Source of the DNA: Candidatus Limnocylindria bacterium
GTDB lineage: Bacteria; Chloroflexota; Limnocylindria; P2-11E
Length of the DNA: 63,000 bases
Assembly (NCBI GenBank): GCA_038200085.1
Contig: JBBPYG010000022.1
Span: 1 to 63,000, forward strand
Direction of reading: 5' to 3'
Both the position numbers and the translations under genes were made by a program. The notes under the pieces are model-generated. The model was not told where the DNA came from. It did no database searches and saw only the letters and a list, made by a program, of their open reading frames with translations. This document shows positions 34,945 to 43,335 of this stretch, in pieces. Each line of letters starts with the position of its first letter. The first letter of the stretch is position 1.

Positions 34945-35841
34945 ATGCGGTCACGGGCCGTCAAGGCCGGCTGGCACATGACGGCGAACGCCTCGGTCTG
35001 GCTTCGTCGTCGCGGACCAGCCGGCGGTCCATCCAAGGGGCACCATACGGCGGTCCATACACTCGCGGCGGTGCCGGTCGACGCCGAGACGCTCCGCGCG
35101 ACCGCGATCGACTACGGCGTCCGAACGCTCTGGGCCGCTGCCGTCGCGGTGATCGCCATCGCCGTCGCGCGCGCGATCCGGGCCACGACCATCGGGACGC
35201 TCGGGCGCCGCCGCGCGCCGCCGAACGCGACGGTGCTGCTCGGCAACCTCGCGCAGCTCGGCATCCTTCTGCTCGGGGCGCTCGTGGTCCTGGCGATCTA
35301 CACCCAGGGCGCCTTCGGCTGGATCCTGACGTCCTTCAGCGTCCTCGGGATCGTGATCGGGCTCTCGCTGCAGGACATCCTCAAGAACTTCTTCGCCGGC
35401 ATCTGGATCTTGGTGGAGCATCCGTTCCGGATCGGCGATACGATTGAGATCTCTGGCTACGCCGGCGCGGTGGAGGAGATCTCCTTCCGGACGACCCAGC
35501 TGCGCACGCCGGACGGCCGCGAGGTCATCGTCCCCAACGGCGACCTCATGACGAAGCCGGTCGTGAACCTGACGCGCTTCCCCGCCCGGCGCACGTCGCT
35601 CGTCCTCGAGCTGCCGCCCGGGCACGCCCGCGATGGGATCGACCGCGCCGTGCGCGACGCCCTTGCGAGCGTGCCGGCCATCGCCGCGGACCCGTCGCCG
35701 AGCGTCGAGCTGCGCGCAGTGACCGCCGGCATCGCCCGCTACGTCGTGTCCTTCTGGGCCGCCGACCTCGAGAGCGCGCTCGCCGCCGGCCTCGCCGCCG
35801 TGGGCGCGCGCTTCCCCGAGGCCGAGGTGCATGGTGCGTAG
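34945..35841 (+). CDS. MscS-family mechanosensitive channel
   Basis: LQDILKNFFAGIWILVEHPFRIGDTIEISGYAGAVEEISFRTTQLRTPDGREVIVPNG. The start is uncertain (34945 or 34978). Confidence 0.8.
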   Translation: MRSRAVKAGWHMTANASVWLRRRGPAGGPSKGHHTAVHTLAAVPVDAETLRATAIDYGVRTLWAAAVAVIAIAVARAIRATTIGTLGRRRAPPNATVLLGNLAQLGILLLGALVVLAIYTQGAFGWILTSFSVLGIVIGLSLQDILKNFFAGIWILVEHPFRIGDTIEISGYAGAVEEISFRTTQLRTPDGREVIVPNGDLMTKPVVNLTRFPARRTSLVLELPPGHARDGIDRAVRDALASVPAIAADPSPSVELRAVTAGIARYVVSFWAADLESALAAGLAAVGARFPEAEVHGA

Positions 35842-36325
35842 CTTGCGAGGGATGCGGGACGTGTCCGTCGGCATCGAGGCGGTCCGCAGGCTGCCGGGAT
35901 ACGCGCGCCTGGTGTGGGGGCTCCTGCGAGACGGCCGGATCCCGCCGCCGCAGAAGATGATCCTGGTCGGAGTGGTCGGCTACCTCCTCATGCCATTCGA
36001 CATCATCCCCGACTTCATCCCCGTCCTCGGCCAGCTCGATGACCTCGCCGTCGTCCTGCTCGCGCTCGACCTCTTCATTCGCGTGGCCCCCCGAGAGGTC
36101 GTCGCCGAGCACCTCGCGCGGATCTCGCGCGACGAGGACGACATGCGTCACGACATGGAGCAGGTGCAGCGGCTGCTCGGCGAACGCTTCGTCGGCATTC
36201 GGAATAATCTGGACCGCATCCTGCAGCGTGAGCGCGCGCGGCTCGGCGGGACCGATGCCGCTTCCGCGCTCGAGCGATGGCAGGAGCGCGGCGCGAAGGG
36301 CGAAGACCGAAAGGGGAGGACATGA
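35831..36325 (+). CDS. DUF1232 (YkvA-like) membrane protein
   Basis: YLLMPFDIIPDFIPVLGQLDDLAVVLLAL signature. Confidence 0.8.
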   Translation: MVRSLRGMRDVSVGIEAVRRLPGYARLVWGLLRDGRIPPPQKMILVGVVGYLLMPFDIIPDFIPVLGQLDDLAVVLLALDLFIRVAPREVVAEHLARISRDEDDMRHDMEQVQRLLGERFVGIRNNLDRILQRERARLGGTDAASALERWQERGAKGEDRKGRT

Positions 36326-36516
36326 AAGGCCGCGAATCAGGCGGTGGCGCCTTCGGCGTCATCAAGGCCATCCTCGCGATCATCGGCGCGCTCACGGTCA
36401 TGGGCATCCTCGCCGTCGCCGGGTCGGTCCTGGCGTGGGAGCTGGAGCTGCGCAAGAGCGAGCAGGACACCTCGCTGGAGCCGCCGCTGGAGCCGCCGAT
36501 GACGCCGACGGCCTGA
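36322..36516 (+). CDS. Small single-pass membrane protein (64 aa), hypothetical
   Basis: ATGA overlap with the DUF1232 stop. Transmembrane segment FGVIKAILAIIGALTVMGILAVAGSVLAW. Confidence 0.4.
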   Translation: MKGRESGGGAFGVIKAILAIIGALTVMGILAVAGSVLAWELELRKSEQDTSLEPPLEPPMTPTA

Positions 36517-36529
36517 GGGCCATAGCCCG

Positions 36530-36976
36530 GTGCGCGTGATCCTCAAGCGCGAGGTCACCGGGCTGGGGCGGCCGGGGGAGATCAAGGACGTCGCCGACGG
36601 CTATGCCCAGAACTTCCTCGTGCCGCGCGGTCTCGCCGTCGAGGCGAGCGCCGGCGAGCTGCGGCGGATCGCGCAGCAGCGCGCGAGCCAGAAGGCGAAG
36701 GACGAGCGGGCGCAGGTCGAGGCCCAGGGGCTCGCGAAGCGCCTCGAGGCGGTGACCCTCGTGTTCAAGCTGAAGGCAGGCGAGCAGGGCAAGACGTTCG
36801 GCTCGGTCACCACGAAGGACGTCGCGGAAGCGCTCCAGCGCGAGGCCAACGTCAGCGTCGACAAGACGAAGATCCACCTCGAGGAGCCGCTTCGCACGCT
36901 CGGGGTGCATCGCGTCGAGGTGCGCCTCGCGCCCGAGGTGCGCGCGCAGCTCACGGTGGCGGTCGAGCCGGCCTGA
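36530..36976 (+). CDS. rplI: 50S ribosomal protein L9
   Basis: MRVILKREVTGLGRPGEIKDVADGYAQNFLVPRGLA. Confidence 0.95.
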   Translation: MRVILKREVTGLGRPGEIKDVADGYAQNFLVPRGLAVEASAGELRRIAQQRASQKAKDERAQVEAQGLAKRLEAVTLVFKLKAGEQGKTFGSVTTKDVAEALQREANVSVDKTKIHLEEPLRTLGVHRVEVRLAPEVRAQLTVAVEPA

Positions 36977-36978
36977 CC

Positions 36979-38319
36979 TCAGGCTTCGTGCGTCTCGCCG
37001 AGGTCACGGAAACGCGTGAGCTCGGACTGGAAGTGCAGATCGATCTCCGCCGTCGGTCCGTTGCGGTGCTTGGCCAGCTTCAGCCGCACGACGCGGTCCT
37101 CGCGGTCCCGGTGGTCCTTCTGCCAGAGGAAGAGGACCAGGTCGGCATCCTGTTCGATCGACCCGCTGTCGCGGAGGTCGGACAGCGTCGGCTCTGGACC
37201 GCGCGTCTGGATCTGACGAGATAGCTGGGACAGCGCGACGATCGGCACCTCGAGCTCGCGCGCGATCGCCTTGAGTGACCTCGTGATCCGCGCGACCTCC
37301 TGCACGCGGTTCTCGTCATCGCCGACGCCCTCGATCAGCTGGAGGTAGTCGATGACGATGAGGTCGAGGCCGCGCTCCGTCTGGAGGCGCCGCGACTTCG
37401 CGAGGATGTCGGTCACGGTGAGGCGGCTCGACTCCTCGATGTAGATCGGCGCCTGCTGGAGCTGGCTCGAGGCGCCGCCGATCGACTTCATCTCCTCGAG
37501 CGACAGCCTGCCCCGCCGCAACCGGTTCCCGGGGATCTCGGCGGTCATCGACACCAGGCGCTGCACGACCTGCATTTCGCTCATCTCCATCGAGAAGACC
37601 GCGCACGTGCGGCCCTGGACCAGCCCTGCCTCCGCGACCATGCACAGCGCGAGGCTCGTCTTGCCGAGGCCCGGCCGGCCCGCCACAACGATGAGGTCCG
37701 AAGGCTGAAGTCCTCCGGTCTTCTGATCGAGGGTGTCGAGGCCGGTCCTGATGCCGAGCCCGCGATCCTCTACGCGCGCGCTGATCTGCTCGGCGTAGCG
37801 GTGCACCGCGACGTCGAGCGGCACGACGTCGCGGTGGAGCGATGACTCGCTGACGGCGAAGAGGAGATCGCCCGCGTCGCGCACCGCCCGCTCCGCGTCG
37901 TCGCGCGTCAGGGCCAGGCGGGCGATCTCGTTCGCCGCCCCGATGAGCCGGCGCAGGAGCGCGGTGCGCTCGACGATCGCGGCGTACGTCTCCGCGTGCG
38001 CGACGGTCGGGACGTACTGCATCAGGCCCACCAGGAACTGCGCGCCGCCGACGGCCTCGAGGTCGCCTCCCGCCGACAGCTCCGCCTGCACGCTCTGGAA
38101 GCCGATCGCCTCGCCGCGTCCGTCGAGGCGCTCGATCGCGCGGAGCACCGTGCGGTGGGCGTCGCGGGAGAGGTCCGCCGGCGCGACCCGCCCGCGCACG
38201 ATCTCCGCGTAGATGTGCGAGTCGATCAGCAGCGCCCCGAGCAGCGACGCCTCGGCCTCGGGGTTCTCCGGCGGCGGCCGCGGCTCCCGGCGGTCGCGTG
38301 CGCCCACATCGAGGGTCAC
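36979..38319 (-). CDS. dnaB: Replicative DNA helicase DnaB, downstream copy of a tandem pair
   Basis: PENPEAEASLLGALLID, GLQPSDLIVVAGRPGLGKTSLAL, LIVIDYLQLI, SLKAIARELEVPIVALSQLSR, SGSIEQDADLV. GTG 38319 overlaps the stop of the upstream copy (GTGA). Confidence 0.9.
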   Translation of the reverse strand: MTLDVGARDRREPRPPPENPEAEASLLGALLIDSHIYAEIVRGRVAPADLSRDAHRTVLRAIERLDGRGEAIGFQSVQAELSAGGDLEAVGGAQFLVGLMQYVPTVAHAETYAAIVERTALLRRLIGAANEIARLALTRDDAERAVRDAGDLLFAVSESSLHRDVVPLDVAVHRYAEQISARVEDRGLGIRTGLDTLDQKTGGLQPSDLIVVAGRPGLGKTSLALCMVAEAGLVQGRTCAVFSMEMSEMQVVQRLVSMTAEIPGNRLRRGRLSLEEMKSIGGASSQLQQAPIYIEESSRLTVTDILAKSRRLQTERGLDLIVIDYLQLIEGVGDDENRVQEVARITRSLKAIARELEVPIVALSQLSRQIQTRGPEPTLSDLRDSGSIEQDADLVLFLWQKDHRDREDRVVRLKLAKHRNGPTAEIDLHFQSELTRFRDLGETHEA

Positions 38320-39641
38320 AGCGGGATGCCCTCGTCGCTCGCACGGCTGAAGAAGCGCGCCTGCTCGCTCTCGAAGAACAGCTCGAACCGGCCCGTCGGC
38401 CCGTTCCGGTTCTTGGCGACGCTGCCGTGGACCGGCTTCGGCGCGCCCGCCGGCGTCTCGTCCTTGTCGCGCCACAGCATCAGCACGACGTCGGCGTCCT
38501 GCTCGATCGCACCCGACTCGCGCAGCGTGGAGAGCTTCGGCTCAGCCCCAATGTCGCCGGCGGCGCGCGATAGCTGCGAGAGCGCGATGACGACGACGTT
38601 CAGCTCGCGCGCGAGCGACTTGAGGTTGCGAGTGATCGTCGCGATCTCCTGCACGCGGTTCTCCTCGTGCTCGCCGGTCCGCATCAGCTGCAGGTAGTCG
38701 ACGACTATCACGCCGAGGGGACGGTCCGGCCGGCTGGCGCGGCGCGCCTTGGTGCGCAGCTCCATGATCGAGATGCCGGGCGTGTCGTCGAGCAGCACTG
38801 GCAGCCCCATGAGCGCGGCGGCGGCGTCCGTGTCGACGACGTTCTGCGTCCGCATCGCCAGAAGATCGGTGCCGCTGTTCTGCGCGAGGAAGCGCGCCAC
38901 GATCTGTTTCGCGTCCATCTCGAGGGAGAAGACCAGCGTGTTCGTCCCGCGCCTCGCGATGTGATACGCCATCGCCAGGCCGAGGCTCGTCTTCCCGACG
39001 GCCGGGCGCGCGCCGATCACTACCAGGTCCCCGGCGGTGAAGCCCTCGGTGTACGCGTCGATCTCGGGGAAGCCGCTCGCGATGCCGCTGACCTCGAAGG
39101 GGTGCTCCATGCGCTCGGTCAGGTGCTCGTAGTGCTGGTCGAGCGCGCGCCGGATATGTCGCAGCTGGCTCGCGAAGGCTTCGTCGCGGAGCGCGAAGAT
39201 CCGCTGCTCGGCGCGGTCGAGCGTCAGCGCCATGTCGGTCGGCTCGTCGTACGCGTCGGCAGCGATCGCCGTAGCGGCGGCGAGCAGCCGCCGCAGGAGG
39301 GACCGGCCGCGCACCGCGCGGGCGTGGCGTTCGATCTCGACAGCCGTTGGCACGGCATCGACGAGCTCGCGCAGGTAGGCGGCGCCGCCGACGCGGTCGA
39401 GCTCCTCGCGGCGCGCGAGCTCGACCTGGATCGTCAGAGGGTCGATGCGCTCCCTGCGCTCTAGCAGCGCCTGCGCCGCGGCGTAGATCCGCTGGTGGCG
39501 GGCCTCGTAGAAGTCGTCGACGCGCAGCAGGTCGGCGACGCGGAAGATCGCGTCGCGGTCGATCAGCAGCCCGCCGACGACGTGCCGCTCCGCTGCGGGG
39601 TCGTGGGGCGAGGCGCGCTCGGCCGCGGTCTCCAGCGTCAT
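38316..39641 (-). CDS. dnaB: DnaB-family replicative helicase paralog, upstream copy of the tandem pair
   Basis: PHDPAAERHVVGGLLID, GFTAGDLVVIGARPAVGKTSLGL, VIVVDYLQLM, LKSLARELNVVVIALSQLSR, SGAIEQDADVV. Confidence 0.9.
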   Translation of the reverse strand: MTLETAAERASPHDPAAERHVVGGLLIDRDAIFRVADLLRVDDFYEARHQRIYAAAQALLERRERIDPLTIQVELARREELDRVGGAAYLRELVDAVPTAVEIERHARAVRGRSLLRRLLAAATAIAADAYDEPTDMALTLDRAEQRIFALRDEAFASQLRHIRRALDQHYEHLTERMEHPFEVSGIASGFPEIDAYTEGFTAGDLVVIGARPAVGKTSLGLAMAYHIARRGTNTLVFSLEMDAKQIVARFLAQNSGTDLLAMRTQNVVDTDAAAALMGLPVLLDDTPGISIMELRTKARRASRPDRPLGVIVVDYLQLMRTGEHEENRVQEIATITRNLKSLARELNVVVIALSQLSRAAGDIGAEPKLSTLRESGAIEQDADVVLMLWRDKDETPAGAPKPVHGSVAKNRNGPTGRFELFFESEQARFFSRASDEGIPL

Positions 39642-39647
39642 GGAGCT

Positions 39648-39676
39648 GATTTAGAACACCCGTTCGACCGTGTCAA
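39648..39676 (-). promoter_or_regulatory. dnaB-pair promoter TTGACA-17 nt-TAAATC with a LexA box (minus-strand CGAACGGGTGTTCT, 39653-39666) in the spacer; the ATG lies 6 nt after the -10
   Basis: Plus-strand tgtcaa at 39671-39676 and gattta at 39648-39653. GAAC at 39654-39657 and GTTC at 39662-39665. Same architecture as the lexA promoter. Confidence 0.6.
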
Positions 39677-39927
39677 GACCTTCCCCCAAACATGCGGGCA
39701 TTCCCGGCAGCAGCCGACCGCTGCGACTTTCCTCGGCCGGGAACGCTAGGCGGGGGCGGCGCCGAATGCAGCAGACTTGCCTACAGCGGGTTGGCAGACA
39801 TACCCACAGGTTCCAGCGGTTCTCCCAGCGCCGTGCACCGTCGGTCCACCGCCGAAGCCTGGTGACGCCTCCCGCCGTCGATCCAGTGGCCCGGGCGCGC
39901 GAAAGAGATGATCCCTGGAGGTCCGAC

Positions 39928-40836
39928 GTGGCGCAGCGCTTTCTCGTGACCGGCGGTGCCGGCTTCGTCGGCAGCGCCGTCGTCGACCGCCTTCGCGCCG
40001 GCGGAGCCGAGGTGCAGGTCGTCGATGATCTCGTCACCGGCGACCGCGCGAACCTCGCCCCCGGCGTCGTCCTCCACGCAGTCGATATCGCCGACGCGGC
40101 GGCACTCGCGGGCGCGCTGGAGGGCGAGCGCTTCGACGCGGTCGTTCACTGCGCGGCGCGGACGAAGGTCGTGCAGTCCGTGGCCCAACCCGAGCTGTAC
40201 CGGCGCGTGCTCGTCGACGGCACACGGAACGTCGTCGAGGTCGCGCGGCGCGCGAACGCGTCGGCCTTCGTCAACTTCTCGACGGGTGGGGCGCTGTACG
40301 GAGAAACGCCGAGTTGCGCGAGCGAGGACGCCCCCGCGCGGCCCGAGTCGCCGTATGGCGCGTTCAAGGAAGAGGCGGAGCGCATCGTCGCCGACTCCGG
40401 CCTGGTAGCGACCACGCTGCGCCCGGCGAACATCTACGGTCCACGGCAGCGCACGGACCTCGAGGGTGGCGTCATCGCGGTCTTCTTCGGCTGCTGGCGG
40501 AGGGGCGAGCCGTTGACGGTGTTCGGCGATGGGAGCGCGGAGCGTGACTACGTGTACGTGGGCGACGTCGCCGAAGCGGTGGCGGCCGCGATCGAGCGCG
40601 CGGCGTTGAGCACGTACAACGTCGGCACGGGGATCGCGACGTCGGTCGACCAGGTCATCGCCGCCATGACGTCGCTGCTGGGGCCGCCCGCCGGCGTGAC
40701 GCACGCGCCGTCGCGCGGCGGCGAGCTCCAGCGGTCGTGCCTCGACGCGTCGAAGGCGGCCCGCGATCTCGGCTGGAAGCCACGGACCTCGCTCGGCGAA
40801 GGACTGCGGCTCACCGCCGCCTCCACGAGGGCGTAG
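39928..40836 (+). CDS. NAD-dependent epimerase/dehydratase (UDP-glucose 4-epimerase-like SDR)
   Basis: FLVTGGAGFVGSAVV, SPYGAFK (YxxxK). GTG 39928 preceded by CTGGAGG. Confidence 0.85.
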   Translation: MAQRFLVTGGAGFVGSAVVDRLRAGGAEVQVVDDLVTGDRANLAPGVVLHAVDIADAAALAGALEGERFDAVVHCAARTKVVQSVAQPELYRRVLVDGTRNVVEVARRANASAFVNFSTGGALYGETPSCASEDAPARPESPYGAFKEEAERIVADSGLVATTLRPANIYGPRQRTDLEGGVIAVFFGCWRRGEPLTVFGDGSAERDYVYVGDVAEAVAAAIERAALSTYNVGTGIATSVDQVIAAMTSLLGPPAGVTHAPSRGGELQRSCLDASKAARDLGWKPRTSLGEGLRLTAASTRA

Positions 40837-40869
40837 CCGACCGGCGGCCAGGCGCTAGCATCGCTCCAC

Positions 40870-42132
40870 GTGCCCGTGACCGCGATCGTCGGCGCGCAGT
40901 GGGGCGACGAAGGCAAGGGAAAGATCACCGACCTGCTCGCGCAGGACGCCGACCTCGTCATCCGTTTCCAGGGCGGCAACAACGCCGGGCACACCATCGT
41001 CAACCGGCACGGCACCTTCAAGCTTCACCTCGTTCCCTCGGGCATCTTCAATCCGAACGCGCTGTGCATCGACGGGCCGGGCATGGTCATCGACCTGGTC
41101 GCGCTCTGCGAGGAGCTCGCGCACCTGGAGTCGCGGGGCATCCCGACCGCCAACTTTCGCGTTTCCGACCGCGCGCACCTGCTGATGCCGTGGCACGTGG
41201 CGCTCGACAGGCTCGACGAGCGCGAGCGCGGCCGCCAAGCGCTCGGCACGACGGGCAAGGGCGTCGGGCCTGCGTACGCCGACAAGGTCGCGCGCCACGG
41301 CATCCAGGTGAGCGAGATCCGCGATGAGGCGCGTTTCCGCGCGCGGGTCGCGCACGAGCTCGTCACGAAGAACGCGATCCTCGAGCGCTTCGGCGACGCG
41401 CCGCTCGATCCCGAACGCGTCGCCGACGGGGTGCTGCGCGCGGCGGCCACGCTCGGCGACCGGATCGCGGACACGCTCGGGCTGGTCGAGCAGGCGCTGG
41501 CCCGCGACGCGAGGATCCTGCTCGAAGGCCAGCTCGGCGCCATGCGCGACCTCGACTGGGGGATCTACCCGTACGTCACCTCGTCCAATCCGCTCGCCGG
41601 AGGAGCCGCCGTCGGTGCCGGAGTGCCGCCGCGCGCGATCACGCGCGTCGTCGGCGTCGTGAAGGCCTACTCGACCGCCGTCGGCGAGGGCCCGATGCCG
41701 ACGGAGCTGTCGGGACCAGAGGCCGACGCGCTCCGCGAGCGCGCCGGCGAGTACGGCGCGACCACCGGCAGGCCGCGGCGTGTGGGCTGGTTCGACGCGG
41801 TCGCCCCGCGCCACGCCCACCGTCTGAACGCCTTCACCGAGCTTGCCGTGACGAAGCTCGACGTGCTGGACGTCTACGACGACATCCCGTTCTGCGCCGC
41901 GTACGAGGTCGACGGCGCGAGGACGACGGACATGCCGCCGACGGCGCTCCTCGAGCGCGCCCGCCCCTGCTACGAGCGCCTGCCAGGGTGGCACGAACCG
42001 ATCACCGACTTCGCCGATCGGGCCGCTCTCCCGCCCGCGGCCGCGGCCTACCTGCAGCGCATCGAGGAGACCGTCGGCGCGCCGATCGGCATGGTCGGCG
42101 TAGGGCCCGAGCGCGAGGCGACGCTGCTCTGA
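40870..42132 (+). CDS. purA: Adenylosuccinate synthase
   Basis: VGAQWGDEGKGKITD...FQGGNNAGHT...TTGKGVGPAY...GTTGRPRR.GW. Confidence 0.95.
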   Translation: MPVTAIVGAQWGDEGKGKITDLLAQDADLVIRFQGGNNAGHTIVNRHGTFKLHLVPSGIFNPNALCIDGPGMVIDLVALCEELAHLESRGIPTANFRVSDRAHLLMPWHVALDRLDERERGRQALGTTGKGVGPAYADKVARHGIQVSEIRDEARFRARVAHELVTKNAILERFGDAPLDPERVADGVLRAAATLGDRIADTLGLVEQALARDARILLEGQLGAMRDLDWGIYPYVTSSNPLAGGAAVGAGVPPRAITRVVGVVKAYSTAVGEGPMPTELSGPEADALRERAGEYGATTGRPRRVGWFDAVAPRHAHRLNAFTELAVTKLDVLDVYDDIPFCAAYEVDGARTTDMPPTALLERARPCYERLPGWHEPITDFADRAALPPAAAAYLQRIEETVGAPIGMVGVGPEREATLL

Positions 42133-42186
42133 AAGCAGTCGCGCCGCGAGGCCCTTCGCGGGTACACTCGAGGAGGTGAGGCGCCT

Positions 42187-43308
42187 GTGAGGGAGGACCG
42201 CATCGTCCGCGAAGGCCTCACCTTCGACGACGTCCTCCTCATTCCCGCCCGAAGCGACGTTCTCCCCACCGAGGTCTCCACCAGGTCGCGTCTCACGCGC
42301 GAGATCTCGCTCGATGTGCCGATCGTCTCCGCCGCGATGGATACGGTGACCGAGGCCGAGATGGCCATCGCGCTCGCGAAGCTCGGCGGCATCGGCGTCA
42401 TCCACCGCAATCTCTCCATCGCCGATCAGGTCGCGCAGTGCGACAGCGTCAAGGCCGCCGGCGTGCCCGTGGCTGCCGCGATCGGCGTTGCCGGCGACGC
42501 CGATGAGCGCGCCGCGGCGCTGGTCGCGGCGGGGGTGGATCTCATCGTCGTCGACACCGCGCACGGCCACTCCGTCAGCGTCATCCGCATGGTCGAGAAG
42601 GTGAAGGCACGGCACCGCGTGCAGGTCATGGCGGGGAACGTGGCGACGGCTGAGGCCACGCTCGAGCTCGTCGCCGCGGGCGCCGACGCGGTGAAGGTCG
42701 GCATGGGTCCCGGGGCGATCTGCACGACACGCATCGTCGCCGGCACGGGCATGCCGCAGATCAGCGCGGTGCTCGAATGCGCGGAGGCCGCGGCGAAGGA
42801 CGACGTTCCCATCTGCGCGGACGGCGGGATCCAGTACTCGGGCGACATCGCGAAGGCGATCGGCGCCGGGGCGTCCAGCGTCATGCTCGGCGGACTGTTC
42901 GCGGGCGTGGACGAGGCGCCGGGCGACGTCATCCAGACGTCGCAGGGCCGCTTCAAGGCGTACCGCGGCATGGGATCGCTCGGCGCGATGAAGGTCCGCA
43001 GCGGCAGCCGCGACAGGTACGGTCAGTCCGACGTCGGCGAGTTCAGCAAGCTCGTTCCGGAGGGGGTCGAGGGCAGCGTGCGCGCCGCGGGGCCGCTCGC
43101 GCCGCTGGTCCACCAGCTCGTCGGGGGCCTTCGCGCGGGCATGGGCTACTCGGGCGCGCGCACGATCGACGAACTGCGCACGAGCGCGCGCTTCGTGCGC
43201 ATCTCGAGGGCGGGGCTGCGCGAGTCGCACCCGCACGACATCCGCATCACCGAGGACGCGCCGAACTACAGCCTCGCGAAAGCGCGGTCAGGGCAGGGCG
43301 GCGAGTGA
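42187..43308 (+). CDS. guaB: IMP dehydrogenase lacking the CBS/Bateman subdomain
   Basis: [28 protein letters not shown] is followed after about 20 aa by VAAAIGV...[21 protein letters not shown] (catalytic Cys), [18 protein letters not shown]. 373 aa versus the usual roughly 490. Confidence 0.9.
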   Translation: MREDRIVREGLTFDDVLLIPARSDVLPTEVSTRSRLTREISLDVPIVSAAMDTVTEAEMAIALAKLGGIGVIHRNLSIADQVAQCDSVKAAGVPVAAAIGVAGDADERAAALVAAGVDLIVVDTAHGHSVSVIRMVEKVKARHRVQVMAGNVATAEATLELVAAGADAVKVGMGPGAICTTRIVAGTGMPQISAVLECAEAAAKDDVPICADGGIQYSGDIAKAIGAGASSVMLGGLFAGVDEAPGDVIQTSQGRFKAYRGMGSLGAMKVRSGSRDRYGQSDVGEFSKLVPEGVEGSVRAAGPLAPLVHQLVGGLRAGMGYSGARTIDELRTSARFVRISRAGLRESHPHDIRITEDAPNYSLAKARSGQGGE

Positions 43309-43335
43309 GCGGAACGCCGGGCGGGCGACCCTAGC

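Noticed and set aside
40855-43236. 793-aa ORF on the minus strand
   Set aside because: It lies antisense to purA and guaB, whose products carry unmistakable conserved motifs. The antisense translation is Arg/Asp/His/Gly-rich low complexity, typical of stop-poor shadow frames in GC-rich DNA.
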